Under the pieces are notes generated by a model that was not told where the DNA came from, made no database searches, and was given only the letters and a program-made list of their open reading frames with translations. Source: Octopus vulgaris (lineage: Eukaryota). From it: a stretch of DNA of 64,000 bases. The DNA is taken from assembly GCA_951406725.2 (NCBI GenBank), contig OX597815.1, positions 137,640,001 through 137,704,000 of the forward strand, written 5' to 3'. The position numbers were made by a program, and so were the translations under genes. This document shows, piece after piece, positions 36,865-47,651 of the stretch (within the stretch, counting starts at the first letter, position 1; each line of letters starts with the position of its first letter).

Positions 36865-37722
36865 CTAGCAGAATGTTGCCAGCTCTGGACTCTCGGCGTT
36901 GCTCGGGGCTGAATTGCTTGAAAGTACTGTTAATGATTGCACTGAATTATGATGATTATTCAGGCAAATATTGATATAAGTTTACGGTGGGAGATAAGGA
37001 CTTAACGATCAAACGTGTGCCATTGCATTGTTTTGGGGGAACCAAATTTCTGATGAGCATTATAGGGGCACCAACTTTAAGTTTGAGAAAGTGTGGTGGT
37101 AGTCCGGGGTGCTCAAAGGAATTGAGTACCTCTATTGGATAGTTGATGACGTCCTCTGGGTCAGGAGTTGTATCGATAGACTGATATACATAGACTTCCC
37201 CAGGAATGAGTTTTAGCATTTCATCATTAATATGGTGAACAGTTTTATTCCTCGGGGCCAGTATAGCCTTTTGGCCAATCCAATCCATATTCTGATAATT
37301 AGCTTGTAGATCTGGGAACACTGCATCTCTGAGATCAGAAGGCGTCTTAACAATGTTACAAATGGAATCGATGGCAATATTACCATTTTCATCCTCTGGT
37401 ATTTTGCCTTCGCCAAGTGCAAGGAGGGTGTGAGGAAATGCTGCTGATGTGATATTACGTTGCATATGAGCACGCATATTGGTGTGAAGTTTGAGAGTTA
37501 CTTCCCTTTATTTAAAAAAATATGCATTAAAATGGAAAAAATGATGGTAAATTATTTGTAAAATCATCAACTCATCGTAGACGCGCGCTAATACCCAGAA
37601 GGGCTCGATATGAATCACGACTATAAGATACCCAGTTTTGGTTAAACTGCATCGCAAAATGTGGGAGTAGTTAGGAATCTAAATCGGAGTAGACAGACAC
37701 ACAACCTTTCTTTTATATATAA
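36865..37722 (-). mobile_element. Non-autonomous Helitron with a PIF1-type helicase fragment (36956-37500)
   Basis: NMR..AILAPRN..PPHFLKLKVGAPIMLIRNL..CNGTRL; 3' CTAG followed by T at 36865 with an upstream GC-rich CCGAGCAACGCCG motif; 5' end resembles TCTATATATAAAAG. Confidence 0.85.
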
Positions 37723-37984
37723 ATATTTTCGTCCTAAAAAACTTTGTATGGATTGAATGGTTACCTCTATGGAAATATATACACGCACATTATACATACA
37801 TGTGTGTATAGATGAATATATAAATACATTTAAATATCTATATACACTTTTGGGCGATCTTTCTGTTTCTTAGAGATAACTTTATCCCGTCCGATTCGCT
37901 CCAAAATTTACAGGGACATGTAGAATGAGGTGATGATGCTCGTGGGCTAGCTTAGAAATCCCTATCTTAAAAGGTGTGGTTGCT

Positions 37985-38518
37985 AGGGGCCATCTTCCTC
38001 ACTCACCCTATTTCCTCCAGTACCCTGTCACTCCTCTTCATTTGACAAGCCACTACGGTTATTTAATGTAAAGTCTTCCTCAAATCACTCTCTCGCTATT
38101 TACTCTCTTCCAAGAACATTTTCACTCACTCTTATCTCTTAGCTTCCCATACATTTTACTCATGTATCTATCAGCGTCATAGACAGAAACAAATATTACA
38201 TCGCCATCGCATTCTATTGTCTACCTGTCAACACACACACAGTGAATTACTTTCACTTTATTTGTTGCACACTGTGTGTGTGCGTGTGCGTGTGCTGTAT
38301 CCCACACTAAGAAAAGCATTTGACTCATACACCACAATGTGAGTTTTCTCTAAATTTTGCTTAATTGGGGTTGAAATTTTAAAAAGTGGACCTGGCAAGA
38401 CCCGATGCATTCTACTCTTAAAAATGCTAGGTAAATTGTAATTGAAGAAATCCTATATTGTAGATTTCTATAAGAGACAAAGGGAGGCAGATAAAATCTG
38501 CCTTTTATAATAAGAGAT
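37985..38518 (-). mobile_element. Probable Helitron-like non-autonomous fragment (5' end)
   Basis: Minus strand begins A|TCTCTTATTATAAAAG followed by the palindrome GGCAGATTTTATCTGCC; 3' limit uncertain. Confidence 0.45.
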
Positions 38519-38685
38519 ATACCCAATGCATTGGAAATCTGCAATGGTTCCATAACTACCATTTCGGCCATAATCTTGGATCCCTAGTAATCTGTTACAG
38601 CACTTACCTAGCATACCTAATCGTTTAGATCACCTGTGAACTAAACCCCCATACTTTGTATATATATATAATATATATATATATA

Positions 38686-39385
38686 AGCATGACCTTCAAA
38701 CAGTGGGCCCCTCCAAAGCAATGACTAGTGACTGGGACCTCTGGAAATATGCTGTGCTTGAGAAGACTCAGCAAGAGCAAGTGAGACCATAACCTTGTGG
38801 CCTATGCCAGGGGTGTAACCAGTCCACTTATGCGTGCCTTTCCTTCACTGGACACTAAACTCTGCTTGTGAAGACTTGTTGAGGCAAGTGAAATCGAAAA
38901 CAAATTCGATGACTGGCATCCATGCTAGTGGAGCGCTAAGAGTACCATATGAGTGAGAATGTGGCCAGAGCAACAAGCTGGCCTCCGTGTCGATGGCACG
39001 TTAAGAACACCATTCGAGCGTGATCATTACCTGCGTTGCCTTACTAGCACTTGTGCTGGTGGCACGTGAAAAAACATTCGAGCGAAGTCGTTGCCAGTGC
39101 CGGTGGACTGGCTCCTGTGCAAGTTGCACATAAAAATCACAATTTGAGCATGGCCATTGCCAGTACTGCCAGAATGGCCCTCGTGCTGGTGGCACATAAA
39201 AGCACCCACTACACTCTCGGAGTGATTGGCGTTAGGAAGGGCATCAAGCTGTAGAAACTCTGCCAGATCAGATTGGTGCCTGGCGCAGCCATCTGGTTCG
39301 CCAGACCTCAGTCAAATCGTCCAACCCATGCTAGCATGGAAAGCGGATGTTAAACGATGATAAGGATGATGGTGATGATGATGAT
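38686..39385 (+). mobile_element. RTE 3' fragment (last codons plus 3' UTR)
   Basis: KHDL..AMTSDWDLWKYAVLEKT; UTR repeat units; (GAT)n tail. Confidence 0.88.
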
Positions 39386-39581
39386 ACATACAAGGGGCTT
39401 CTTTCAGTTTCCATCAACCAAATCTACACACAAGGTTATGGTTAGCCTGGGGCTATCACAGAAGACAGTGGCACAAAATGCCATGCTGTAGCCATTATAG
39501 TCATTTTTTTAATGTGCTGGGAATTTTGATTTTGTTGTTGTTTTTTTAGGGTTTTTTTAAAACTATATAAATTGGAAAATA

Positions 39582-39998
39582 CTCTCTTTTTTTACTTGTT
39601 TCAGTCATTTGACTGTGGCCATGCTGGAGCACCGCCTTTAGTTGAGCAAATCGACCCCAGGACTTATTCTTTGTAAGCCTAGTCTCTTTTGACGATCCGC
39701 TAGGTTACGGGGACGTAAACACACCAGCATCGGTTGTCAAGCGATGTTGGGGAGACAAACACAGACACATAAGCATATACACACACTTACATATATATAT
39801 ATATATTATATATATATATATATATACATATGTACGACAGGCTTCTAACAGTTTCCGTCTACCAAATCCACTCACAAGGCTTTGGTCGGCCCGAGGCTAT
39901 AGTAGAAGACACTTGCCCAAGGTGCCGTGCAGTGGGACTGAACCCAGAACCATGTGGTTTGTAAGCAAGCTACTTACCACACTGCCACTCCTATGCCT
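39582..39998 (-). mobile_element. tRNA-derived SINE (CORE-like body, internal TA tract, LINE-A-like 3' end)
   Basis: A box TGGCAGTGTGG, B box GGTTCAGTCCC, CORE-like ACCTTGGGCAAGTG, 3' GGCGGTGCTCCAGCATGGCCACAGTCAAATGACTGAAAC; a partial copy lies at about 39390-39490. Confidence 0.88.
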
Positions 39999-40179
39999 AT
40001 TTAGATTTCTCAATTAAAAAGACACTGAGGTACACAAGATTAAGAATCACTGCACTATATGAAGATCAAGCGATATTCTTATAATCCAATAAATTTTAAG
40101 ATTAATTAATCATTAGTTATCACAAGCTAATCATTGAATTGTAATTCCTGTTTCAGCTCACATTTTCTCTAATGACATT

Positions 40180-40748
40180 TGAATTCGAAATCGAACCAAG
40201 TTCAAAGACTGGCACCTATGCCAACCTCCCTTCATTGGACACTAAACTCAGCTTGTGAAGACCTGTTGGGGCAAGTGAAATCAAAATTGAACCAAATTCG
40301 ATGACTGACACCCGTGCCAGTGGAGCACTAACAGCTCCATCCAAGTAGGATCACTGCCAGAGCAGCTGTCTGGCTTCCATGCCAGTGGCACGTAAAAAGC
40401 ACCATTTGAGCGTGATTGTTACCTGCGTCGCCTTACTGGCATGTGAACAAAACATTCGAGCGAGGTCGTTGCCAGTGCTGCTGGACTGATTCCTATGCAC
40501 GTGGCACGTAAAAAACACCATTTTGAGCATGGCCATTGCCAGTACTACCAGACTGGCCCTCGTGCTGGTGGCACATAAAAGCACCCACTACACTCTCGGA
40601 GTGATTGGCGTTAGGAAGGGCATCAAGCTGTAGAAACTCTGCCAGATCAGATTGGAGCCTGGCGCAGCCATCTGGTTCGCCAGTCCTCAGTCAAATCGTC
40701 GAACCCATACTGGCATGGAAAGCGGACGTTAAATGATGATGATGATGA
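40180..40748 (+). mobile_element. RTE 3' UTR fragment
   Basis: Closely similar to 38850-39385; (GAT)n tail. Confidence 0.88.
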
Positions 40749-40893
40749 CATCAACCTGCAGAAATGTAAAGTGAACATTATCTTCATCGGCTTCAACAGC
40801 ACAGAAGGTCCAGCTAAGTATTTAGCCACTTTCTTAAACTAAAATAAAACTGATAAAGAAAACAAAAATAAAAATTATAATAAATTACTTTAC

Positions 40894-41013
40894 CAGCATC
40901 AGAAAGAGCTTGATATAAAGTTTGAGATTTTCCTTGATACGAACTATGCTCATACATATGCATAACCTTTCCAATGTCAATTCTGTTGAATTCAATGTTG
41001 TTTGAAGGTAGAT
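40894..41013 (-). CDS. Host exon: second half of an RLR-type CARD1
   Basis: Acceptor cttattacag|AT, donor GCTG|gtaaag; 120 nt, phase 1-1; LPSNNIEFNRIDIGKVMHMYEHSSYQGKSQTLYQALSDA(G); splices to give ALSDAG|YEQL, compare RIG-I ALDHAG|YSGL. Not in the ORF track. Confidence 0.72.
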
Positions 41014-41318
41014 CTGTAATAAGATAAGATATGATAAAATAATATCAATAATAACTGTTTCTAGCATAGACACAGAGTCAGAAATTTGAGGGATAGGGTT
41101 CAATTTACTTAACAACACTTTATATTACTGATCCCCACAAAAGGATGAAAAGAAAGATAAAGAGCTAGAAGAAATTTTATAAGATATTTTATTGACTGCT
41201 CTAACAATTCCACCAATTCACCCATCAAAATAATAACGACAATAATTTTTTCTACTATAACCACAAGGCCTGAAATGTGTGGGGAGAAGGATAGCTGACT
41301 GCATCAACCCCTGTATAC

Positions 41319-41355
<37 letters not shown>

Positions 41356-41358
<3 letters not shown>

Positions 41359-44322
41359 ACATGTTGGACGGCATGTCGGGGGCTTCCATGGCGTTCATGG
41401 AGGCTACGGTTTTGGCTCTCGTAATGAGGAGGGAACCAGGTTGCTGGAGTTCTGCGATGCAAATGACCTTATGGTCTGCAATACCAACTTCAGGAAACCC
41501 ACCTCTCACCTAGTCACCTACCGTTCTGGCAGACACACTAGCCAGATTGACTACAACCTTGCCAGAAAAAGGGAAAGAGGGCTGCTTATAAATGCCAAAA
41601 CCTTTCCAGGCGAAGAAAGTACTCCTCAACATAGATTAGTAATTAGCGACTTCAGGATCAGAGCTAAATGGTTGCCCAGAAGAAGACCAGCTTGGAAGAG
41701 AAGGGTCTGGAAGCTTAAAGATCCTGCAAATGGACAGAGATTTAGAGACATACTACTCGAAGCCTTTGACGAAATAGAAGGGGATATAGCTTCACTTAAT
41801 GTGGAAGACAACTGGAGATTTCTACGGGACAATCTGCTGTCAGCCACTGACCAGATCTGTGGATGGAGCAAAGTACCATCTCGACCCAGAGTAACGTGGT
41901 GGTGGAACACTGTGGTTGACAGGGCTATTAGACAAAAGAGACAAGTTTGGAAGGACTGGAAGAACGGTGGTAGCAGGGAATTGTATCAGACAGCCAGAAG
42001 GGAAGCTAGGAGACAGGTTTATTTAGCCAGAGGGGAAGCGGATAAGAAAAAATTTGCCAATGTTCTGAGCCGTGAGGATGAAAGACTTGAGGTATTTCGT
42101 GTTGCAAGACAGTGTGTGAGAGAGAATCGTGATGTGGTAGGAGAGAAATGTGTCCGCATGGATGATGGTTCACTTGCGCTAAATGAGGATGCAAAGAGAG
42201 AGTTAAAGCAATTAGAAGCATGAAGACAGGGAAAGCCCCAGGCCCATCAGGAATTACTGCAGAGATGCTCAAAATATCTGGCAGTGTCGGCTATAACCTA
42301 GTCACCCGTATAGTCAACCAGGTGATACACGAAGGAGTCATATCCAATGACTGGTGTAGCAGCATATTAGTCAACTGCTACAAAGGTAAAGGTGACGCCC
42401 TAGATACAAATAATTACAGATGTATCAAGCTGTTGGATCAGGTAATGAAGTTTACGGAGAGGGTCATAGCCCAACTAATTAGAGAGAGAGTTAGTTTAGA
42501 TGAGATGCAGTTTGGGTTCGTGCCAGGGAAAAGTACCACTGATGCTATATTCCTGGTAAGGCAGCTGCAGGAGAAATACCTAGCCAAAGATAAGACCCTG
42601 AACCTGGCTTTCGTTGACATGGAGAAAGCCTTTCACAGGGTCCCCCGATCCCTTATCTGGTGGTCAATGAGGAAACTAGGGATAGATGAATGGCTGGTGA
42701 GGGCTGTGCAAGCCATGTACAGAGATGCCGTAAGTAAGGTTAGGGTTGGCAACATGTACACAGAAGAATTCAAAGTAGAGGTTGGGGTCCACCAGGGTTC
42801 AGTACTCAGCCCCCTCCTATTTATCATAGTCCTCAAGGCAATTACGGAGGAATTCAAGACAGATTGCCCCTGGAAGCTCCTCTATGCTGATGACCTTGCT
42901 CTAATTGCTGAGTCACTATCAGAACTGGAGGAGAAGTTCCAGGTGTGGAAGGAGGGTTTAGAATCGAGGGGCCTTAGAGTCAACCTAGCTAAAACCAAAG
43001 TACTAATAAGTAGGAAGGTAGACAATCCACAAATGTCTTCAGGAAGATGGCCCTGCTCGATCTGTAGAAAAGGTGTAGGTAGAAACTCTATAAGATGCAC
43101 CAAGTGTAAGCTATGGACACATAAGAGGTGCAGCAATGTCAAAGGTAGGCTAACTGGGAAGATAGTTTTTGTATGTGGCAGATGCTCGGGAGCATTAACC
43201 TCCGAAAATCTTCAGAAAACAACTTCTGTCACTTTCCAGGGGGAAAAAATAGAAGTAGTTGATAGCTTCCGTTATCTAGGTGACCAAGTCAGTAGTGGGG
43301 GTGGGTGCATTGAAAGTGTAACTGCTAGAATAAGAATAGCCTGGGCAAAGTTTAGGGAGCTCTTACCTCTGCTGGTGACTAAAGGCCTCTCGCTCAGAGT
43401 AAAAGGCAGACTGTATGATGCATGTGTACGAACAGCCATGCTACATGGCAGTGAAACATGGGCCGTGACTGCTAAGGACATGCGTAAGCTCGCAAGAAAT
43501 GAAGCCAGTATGCTCCGATGGATGTGTAATGTTAGTGTACATACTCGACAGAGCGTTAGTACCCTGAGAGAAACGTTGTACCTAAGAAGCATCAGGTATG
43601 GTCATGTGGCGAGAATGGATGAAGATAGGTGTGTGAAAAAGTGCCAATCCCTAGCAGTTGAGGGAACCCGTAGAAGGGGTAGACCCAGGAAAACCTGGGA
43701 CGAGGTGGTAAAGCACGACCTTCGAACTTTAGGCCTCACTGAGGAAATGACCAGCGACCGAGACCTTTGGAAATATGCTGTACATGAGAAAACCAGGCAG
43801 GACAAGTGAACCCAACCCACTTATGCATGCCTTTCCTCCCTTGGACACAAAGACCTGTTGAGGCAAGCGAAGTCGATATCGAACCTCATCCGACGACAGG
43901 CACCCATGCCAACCCCCTTTGCTTGCAAAGACATGTTGGGGCAAGTGAAATCGAAATCGGAATCGAAATTGAACTGGCACTCGGCAGATGCCAGGACCCC
44001 TGGACTGGTGGTACGTAAAAAGCACTATCCGAATCGTGGCCGATGCCAGCGCTGCCTCGACTGGCTTCCGTGCCGGTGGCACGTAAAATGCACCAATCCA
44101 ACCGTGGCTATTGCCAGCCTCGCCTGGCACCTGTGCGGGTGGCACGTAAAAAGCACCCACTACACTCACGGAGTGGTTGGCGTTAGGAAGGGCATCCAGC
44201 TGTAGAAACATTGCCAGATAAGACTGGAGCCTGGTGCAGCCTTCTGGCTTCCCAGATCCCCGGTCGAACCGTCCAACCCATGCTAGCATGGAGAACGGAC
44301 GTTAAACGATGATGATGATGAT
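41356..44322 (+). mobile_element. RTE-clade LINE, 5'-truncated, with an internal deletion/frameshift near 42200; EN, RT, PHD finger and 3' UTR
   Basis: GHVG..RNEEGTRLLEFC..SQIDY (EN); QFGFVPGKSTTDAIF, GVHQGSVLSPLLF, LYADD (RT); ORFs 41279-42223 and 42220-43809; (GAT)n tail running into TA. Confidence 0.96.
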
Positions 44323-45081
44323 ATATATATATATATATGAAAAAAACAAGTCAAGATAGAAAATGCTAGAATAATTTTATAAAGAACATTTCAGAACCGG
44401 TTTCAATCATTTGAGACCTTTTCAACTGTAACTATTAAATAATTAAATTTAGAAAAATTAAAAGAAAAGTTTTTTTTAAAGAATATTTGCATAGTGTTCA
44501 AATACAAGTGGCATTTTCCTTGTTTCTGCCTTTCTCTGTCTCTCTTGTTTACTCTTGGTAGGGAAGGAGGAGGAGGTGGTGGAAGGAGGAGGTGGTGGAA
44601 GGAGGAGGTGGTGGAAGGAGGAGGGGGAAAAGGGGAGGAAGAATTTGGGATTGCCTTGATTGTCATGGGTCAGTGGTGGCTAGCAGTTCCTGAAAATATC
44701 TCTATAATAAGCTGTACCAGATGAAGGACCAAATTAGTTAAGTAAACTGTATTACACACACACACAAATCTACACATATGATTTGGTTTTTGAAAATACA
44801 ACATTGAACAAAGGATATTCTAATATTTGAATGAAACCATTTCACTTTAATCTGTGGAATCAGTTGCTCCTGTATGATAAAACTTAATATTTAACTGTCA
44901 ATCAGTGAGATATTAGACTAATTCAATTGAAGATCAGACAACAGACTAGTGGTTGTCAGTTTGTATTCTGTCATCTGTAACTTTTTCTCTTTTTCAAGTA
45001 TGGACCTTATGAAATTTTGTTCATCATACATTGAAGGACAATGTTTCAATTTATAATTTAACAAATATAGTGTAGCATTTA

Positions 45082-45116
<35 letters not shown>

Positions 45117-45354
45117 GTGGTATAAATATCAACACAATTATTTCTTCCTCTTTTTTTCTTCTCTTCTGCAAACTCACAGACACCCACACACCTCCACAAA
45201 ACAATAATAAAAAGAATTTTTCTTCTCTAAAAACCAAAAACCTTTTGACCATTCCTCCTTAAACACACACACTCTCTCACAATGATAAAAAGGAAATATA
45301 ATTTATGGTCTACCTTCCCTCCCCTACCTTCCTTTTCTTCTTCTTTTCTAACAC

Positions 45355-45375
45355 TTCCTCCAGATATAAAAACAC

Positions 45376-45409
<34 letters not shown>

Positions 45410-45772
45410 ACATGCTCTCTCACTTTCTCCCCATTCACCACCCTCTTATACTGTCTTATGTCTCTGCCCACCACTACACACTCAATAACACTATAAAATG
45501 GTGAAAACCTAAATTCTTTTCCCCAAAATCTTAGACACCCCTTGGAGTAAACATCCTGACCAGCTAACCAGCAAAACCATTTTTTTCTTCTTCCCTCTCT
45601 CCCTTCCCCTCTTTTTCTTTAACACCCCCCTTCAAATACAAAAACACACACACGAACACACACACATACATGCTCTCTCTCTTACTTTCTCCCCATTCAT
45701 CACCTTCTTGTACTGTCTTATGTCCCTCCCCACCACTACACACTCAATAACACTATAAAATGGTCAAAACTT
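45355..45772. repeat. Diverged ~150 bp direct repeat (about 45355-45510 and 45630-45772)
   Basis: (CA)n-CATGCTCTCT..CCACCACTACACACTCAATAACACTATAAAATGGT occurs twice. Confidence 0.8.
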
Positions 45773-45944
45773 TTTTCACAGGAACTAGAGCAGCAGAAAG
45801 CTCTAATATATGATCTAAGTTATATGATGTATAAAAACATATTATATACAAATAAATATCTGTAAATATAAAACCATCTGAATTTCTGAGCACCTCATTT
45901 CCTCTAATATAAAATACCTCTACATGATCTTCAAACTTTCCAAT

Positions 45945-45962
45945 ACATATATATATTTTGTT

Positions 45963-46002
<40 letters not shown>

Positions 46003-46161
46003 CTCAGCCCCTCAATCTCTCTAAATATATAGACGCAAACATTATAAGTACAGTCGCAATTAGTTTAGTTTACATTCTTTAAAAATCTTTCGGCTTCTGT
46101 ATCAGCTCCGTCACATCTCTCTAACATTATTCAATTTTAGATAGACATATATTTATTTGTT

Positions 46162-46227
<66 letters not shown>

Positions 46228-46727
46228 CTCAGCCCCTCAATCTCTCTAAATATATAGACGCAAACATTATAAGTACAGTCGCAATTAGAAGAAAACGTTT
46301 GTAGCTACGGTCAGGTATATATATTTATAATTTACATCCTGTTAATAATCTTTCATTTTCTATTTCAGCTTTCCTGTTAATAATCTTTCATTTTCTATTT
46401 CAGCTTCGTAACCTCTTCTCTTTCTTTTCTTTCTCTCTGTCTCTTCACTTCTCTCTATCACACCATCTTTCTTCTTTCAGCCGTTCAATCTTTCCTTGTC
46501 TCTTCACTTCTCCACTTCTCTCCATCACACCATCTTTCCTCTCTCAGCCTCTCAATTTTTCTAAATATATAGTGGCGAACTTTCTTCTCTTACTCTCTTC
46601 TTATCTTCTCTCAGCTCTAAATCTCTCTAAATACATAAACACTTTCTTTCTCTATTTCTTTTCTACCCTCTATCACGCTATTAAATTTCAAATATAATTA
46701 GATAGATAAATAAATAAAATATCCAAA
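45945..46727 (+). promoter_or_regulatory. Putative repeat-built 5' UTR/promoter of LINE copy A6
   Basis: Two ~115-140 bp units each containing a TA tract; TCAGC..AATCTCTCTAAATA-like motif about 4 times; duplicated TTAATAATCTTTCATTTTCTATTTCAGCTT; lies directly upstream of ORF1. Confidence 0.45.
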
Positions 46728-47651
46728 ATGTCCAGAACCTGGAGAAGTAACGAATTGGCGTTGTTCCTGAGAGCCTGGCAATGCGCCGACGGAGATAATC
46801 CGAACAACATAATTACAGCTGCGCTGAAGAACAGTGGATATGAAAGAACAATAGTTCAGATAGAGCGAAAGAAGCAGGAGTTTATACGCTCCTATGCACT
46901 CATAAGATCTCACATTGGCACGCTTGATGCCATCTTTGACAACGAACAAAGTAAAGATGGGAAGGATGGAGACGCGGGTGCTGATGAAAGAAGTCACCCC
47001 CACTTGGTAGACACCCAGGAAGAAGATTCAAGTGAGAAACCTGCCTGGGAGGTAAACCCAAGTGCAAGTGCTCCTACCAGCACCAAAAGCCATAGAGATG
47101 AAAGAGTCAAAAAAGAAATAAAAGGAGGAAAAACTAAAAGAAAAACAAAAGATGAAACAGCCAAAGAAGGAAAAACTAAAACTCAAACAAAACCAAAAAG
47201 TGAAACAGCCAAGGATAGAAGCAAACCTGACTATCCATGTACCAAAAAGGATACAATCAGAAAGTGCACACGAATGTGTAAATTCTACCTGAAAGGTGTC
47301 TGCTGGCATGGAGAGGAAGGTGCAGGCTTCATAAGACCCTCCACAAACATGAAACAGGTCTGAAATGAACTACCAAAAGGAAAAGGAATGGACCACGCAC
47401 CACCTGCCCCAAAACGGAGGTACGCAGATGCGGTGCGTGCTACAAACCGCCAACATATCATTGAAAGGGCAGCTGCTGAACAAGAATCTTTTTTGTGCAT
47501 GGCACAAAAGATTGTACAGCAGCTAACCTGGCTCCATCAAACTCAAGCTCGCAGATGGGACTATCCACAATATACAAGACCACCACAACAAATAGACCCA
47601 AGGTGGACACTGCCGGCAACAGCATACACTTCACCTCGATGCTCCTACTGA
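46728..47651 (+). pseudogene. LINE ORF1: Myb/SANT-like N-terminus, Lys-rich linker, damaged CCCH finger; in-frame TGA at 47361
   Basis: ORFs 46728-47363 and 47388-47651 share a frame; TWRSNELALFLRAW..ITAALKNSGYERTIVQIERKKQEFIRSY fits the trihelix Myb/SANT pattern; the 3' half is homologous to A3. Confidence 0.75.

Noticed and set aside
38990-39210. Regularly spaced GTGGCAC..AAAAGCAC repeats resembling a CRISPR array
   Set aside because: The spacers are homologous to each other, the units lie in an RTE 3' UTR, there are no cas genes, and the context is eukaryotic
39930-39998. tRNA gene
   Set aside because: The A/B boxes belong to a SINE head continuing into CORE-like sequence; repeated at 55.8 kb
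47361-47363. In-frame TGA in ORF1 as programmed readthrough or selenocysteine
   Set aside because: No readthrough context, adjacent to a damaged zinc finger and absent from A3; most simply a disabling mutation
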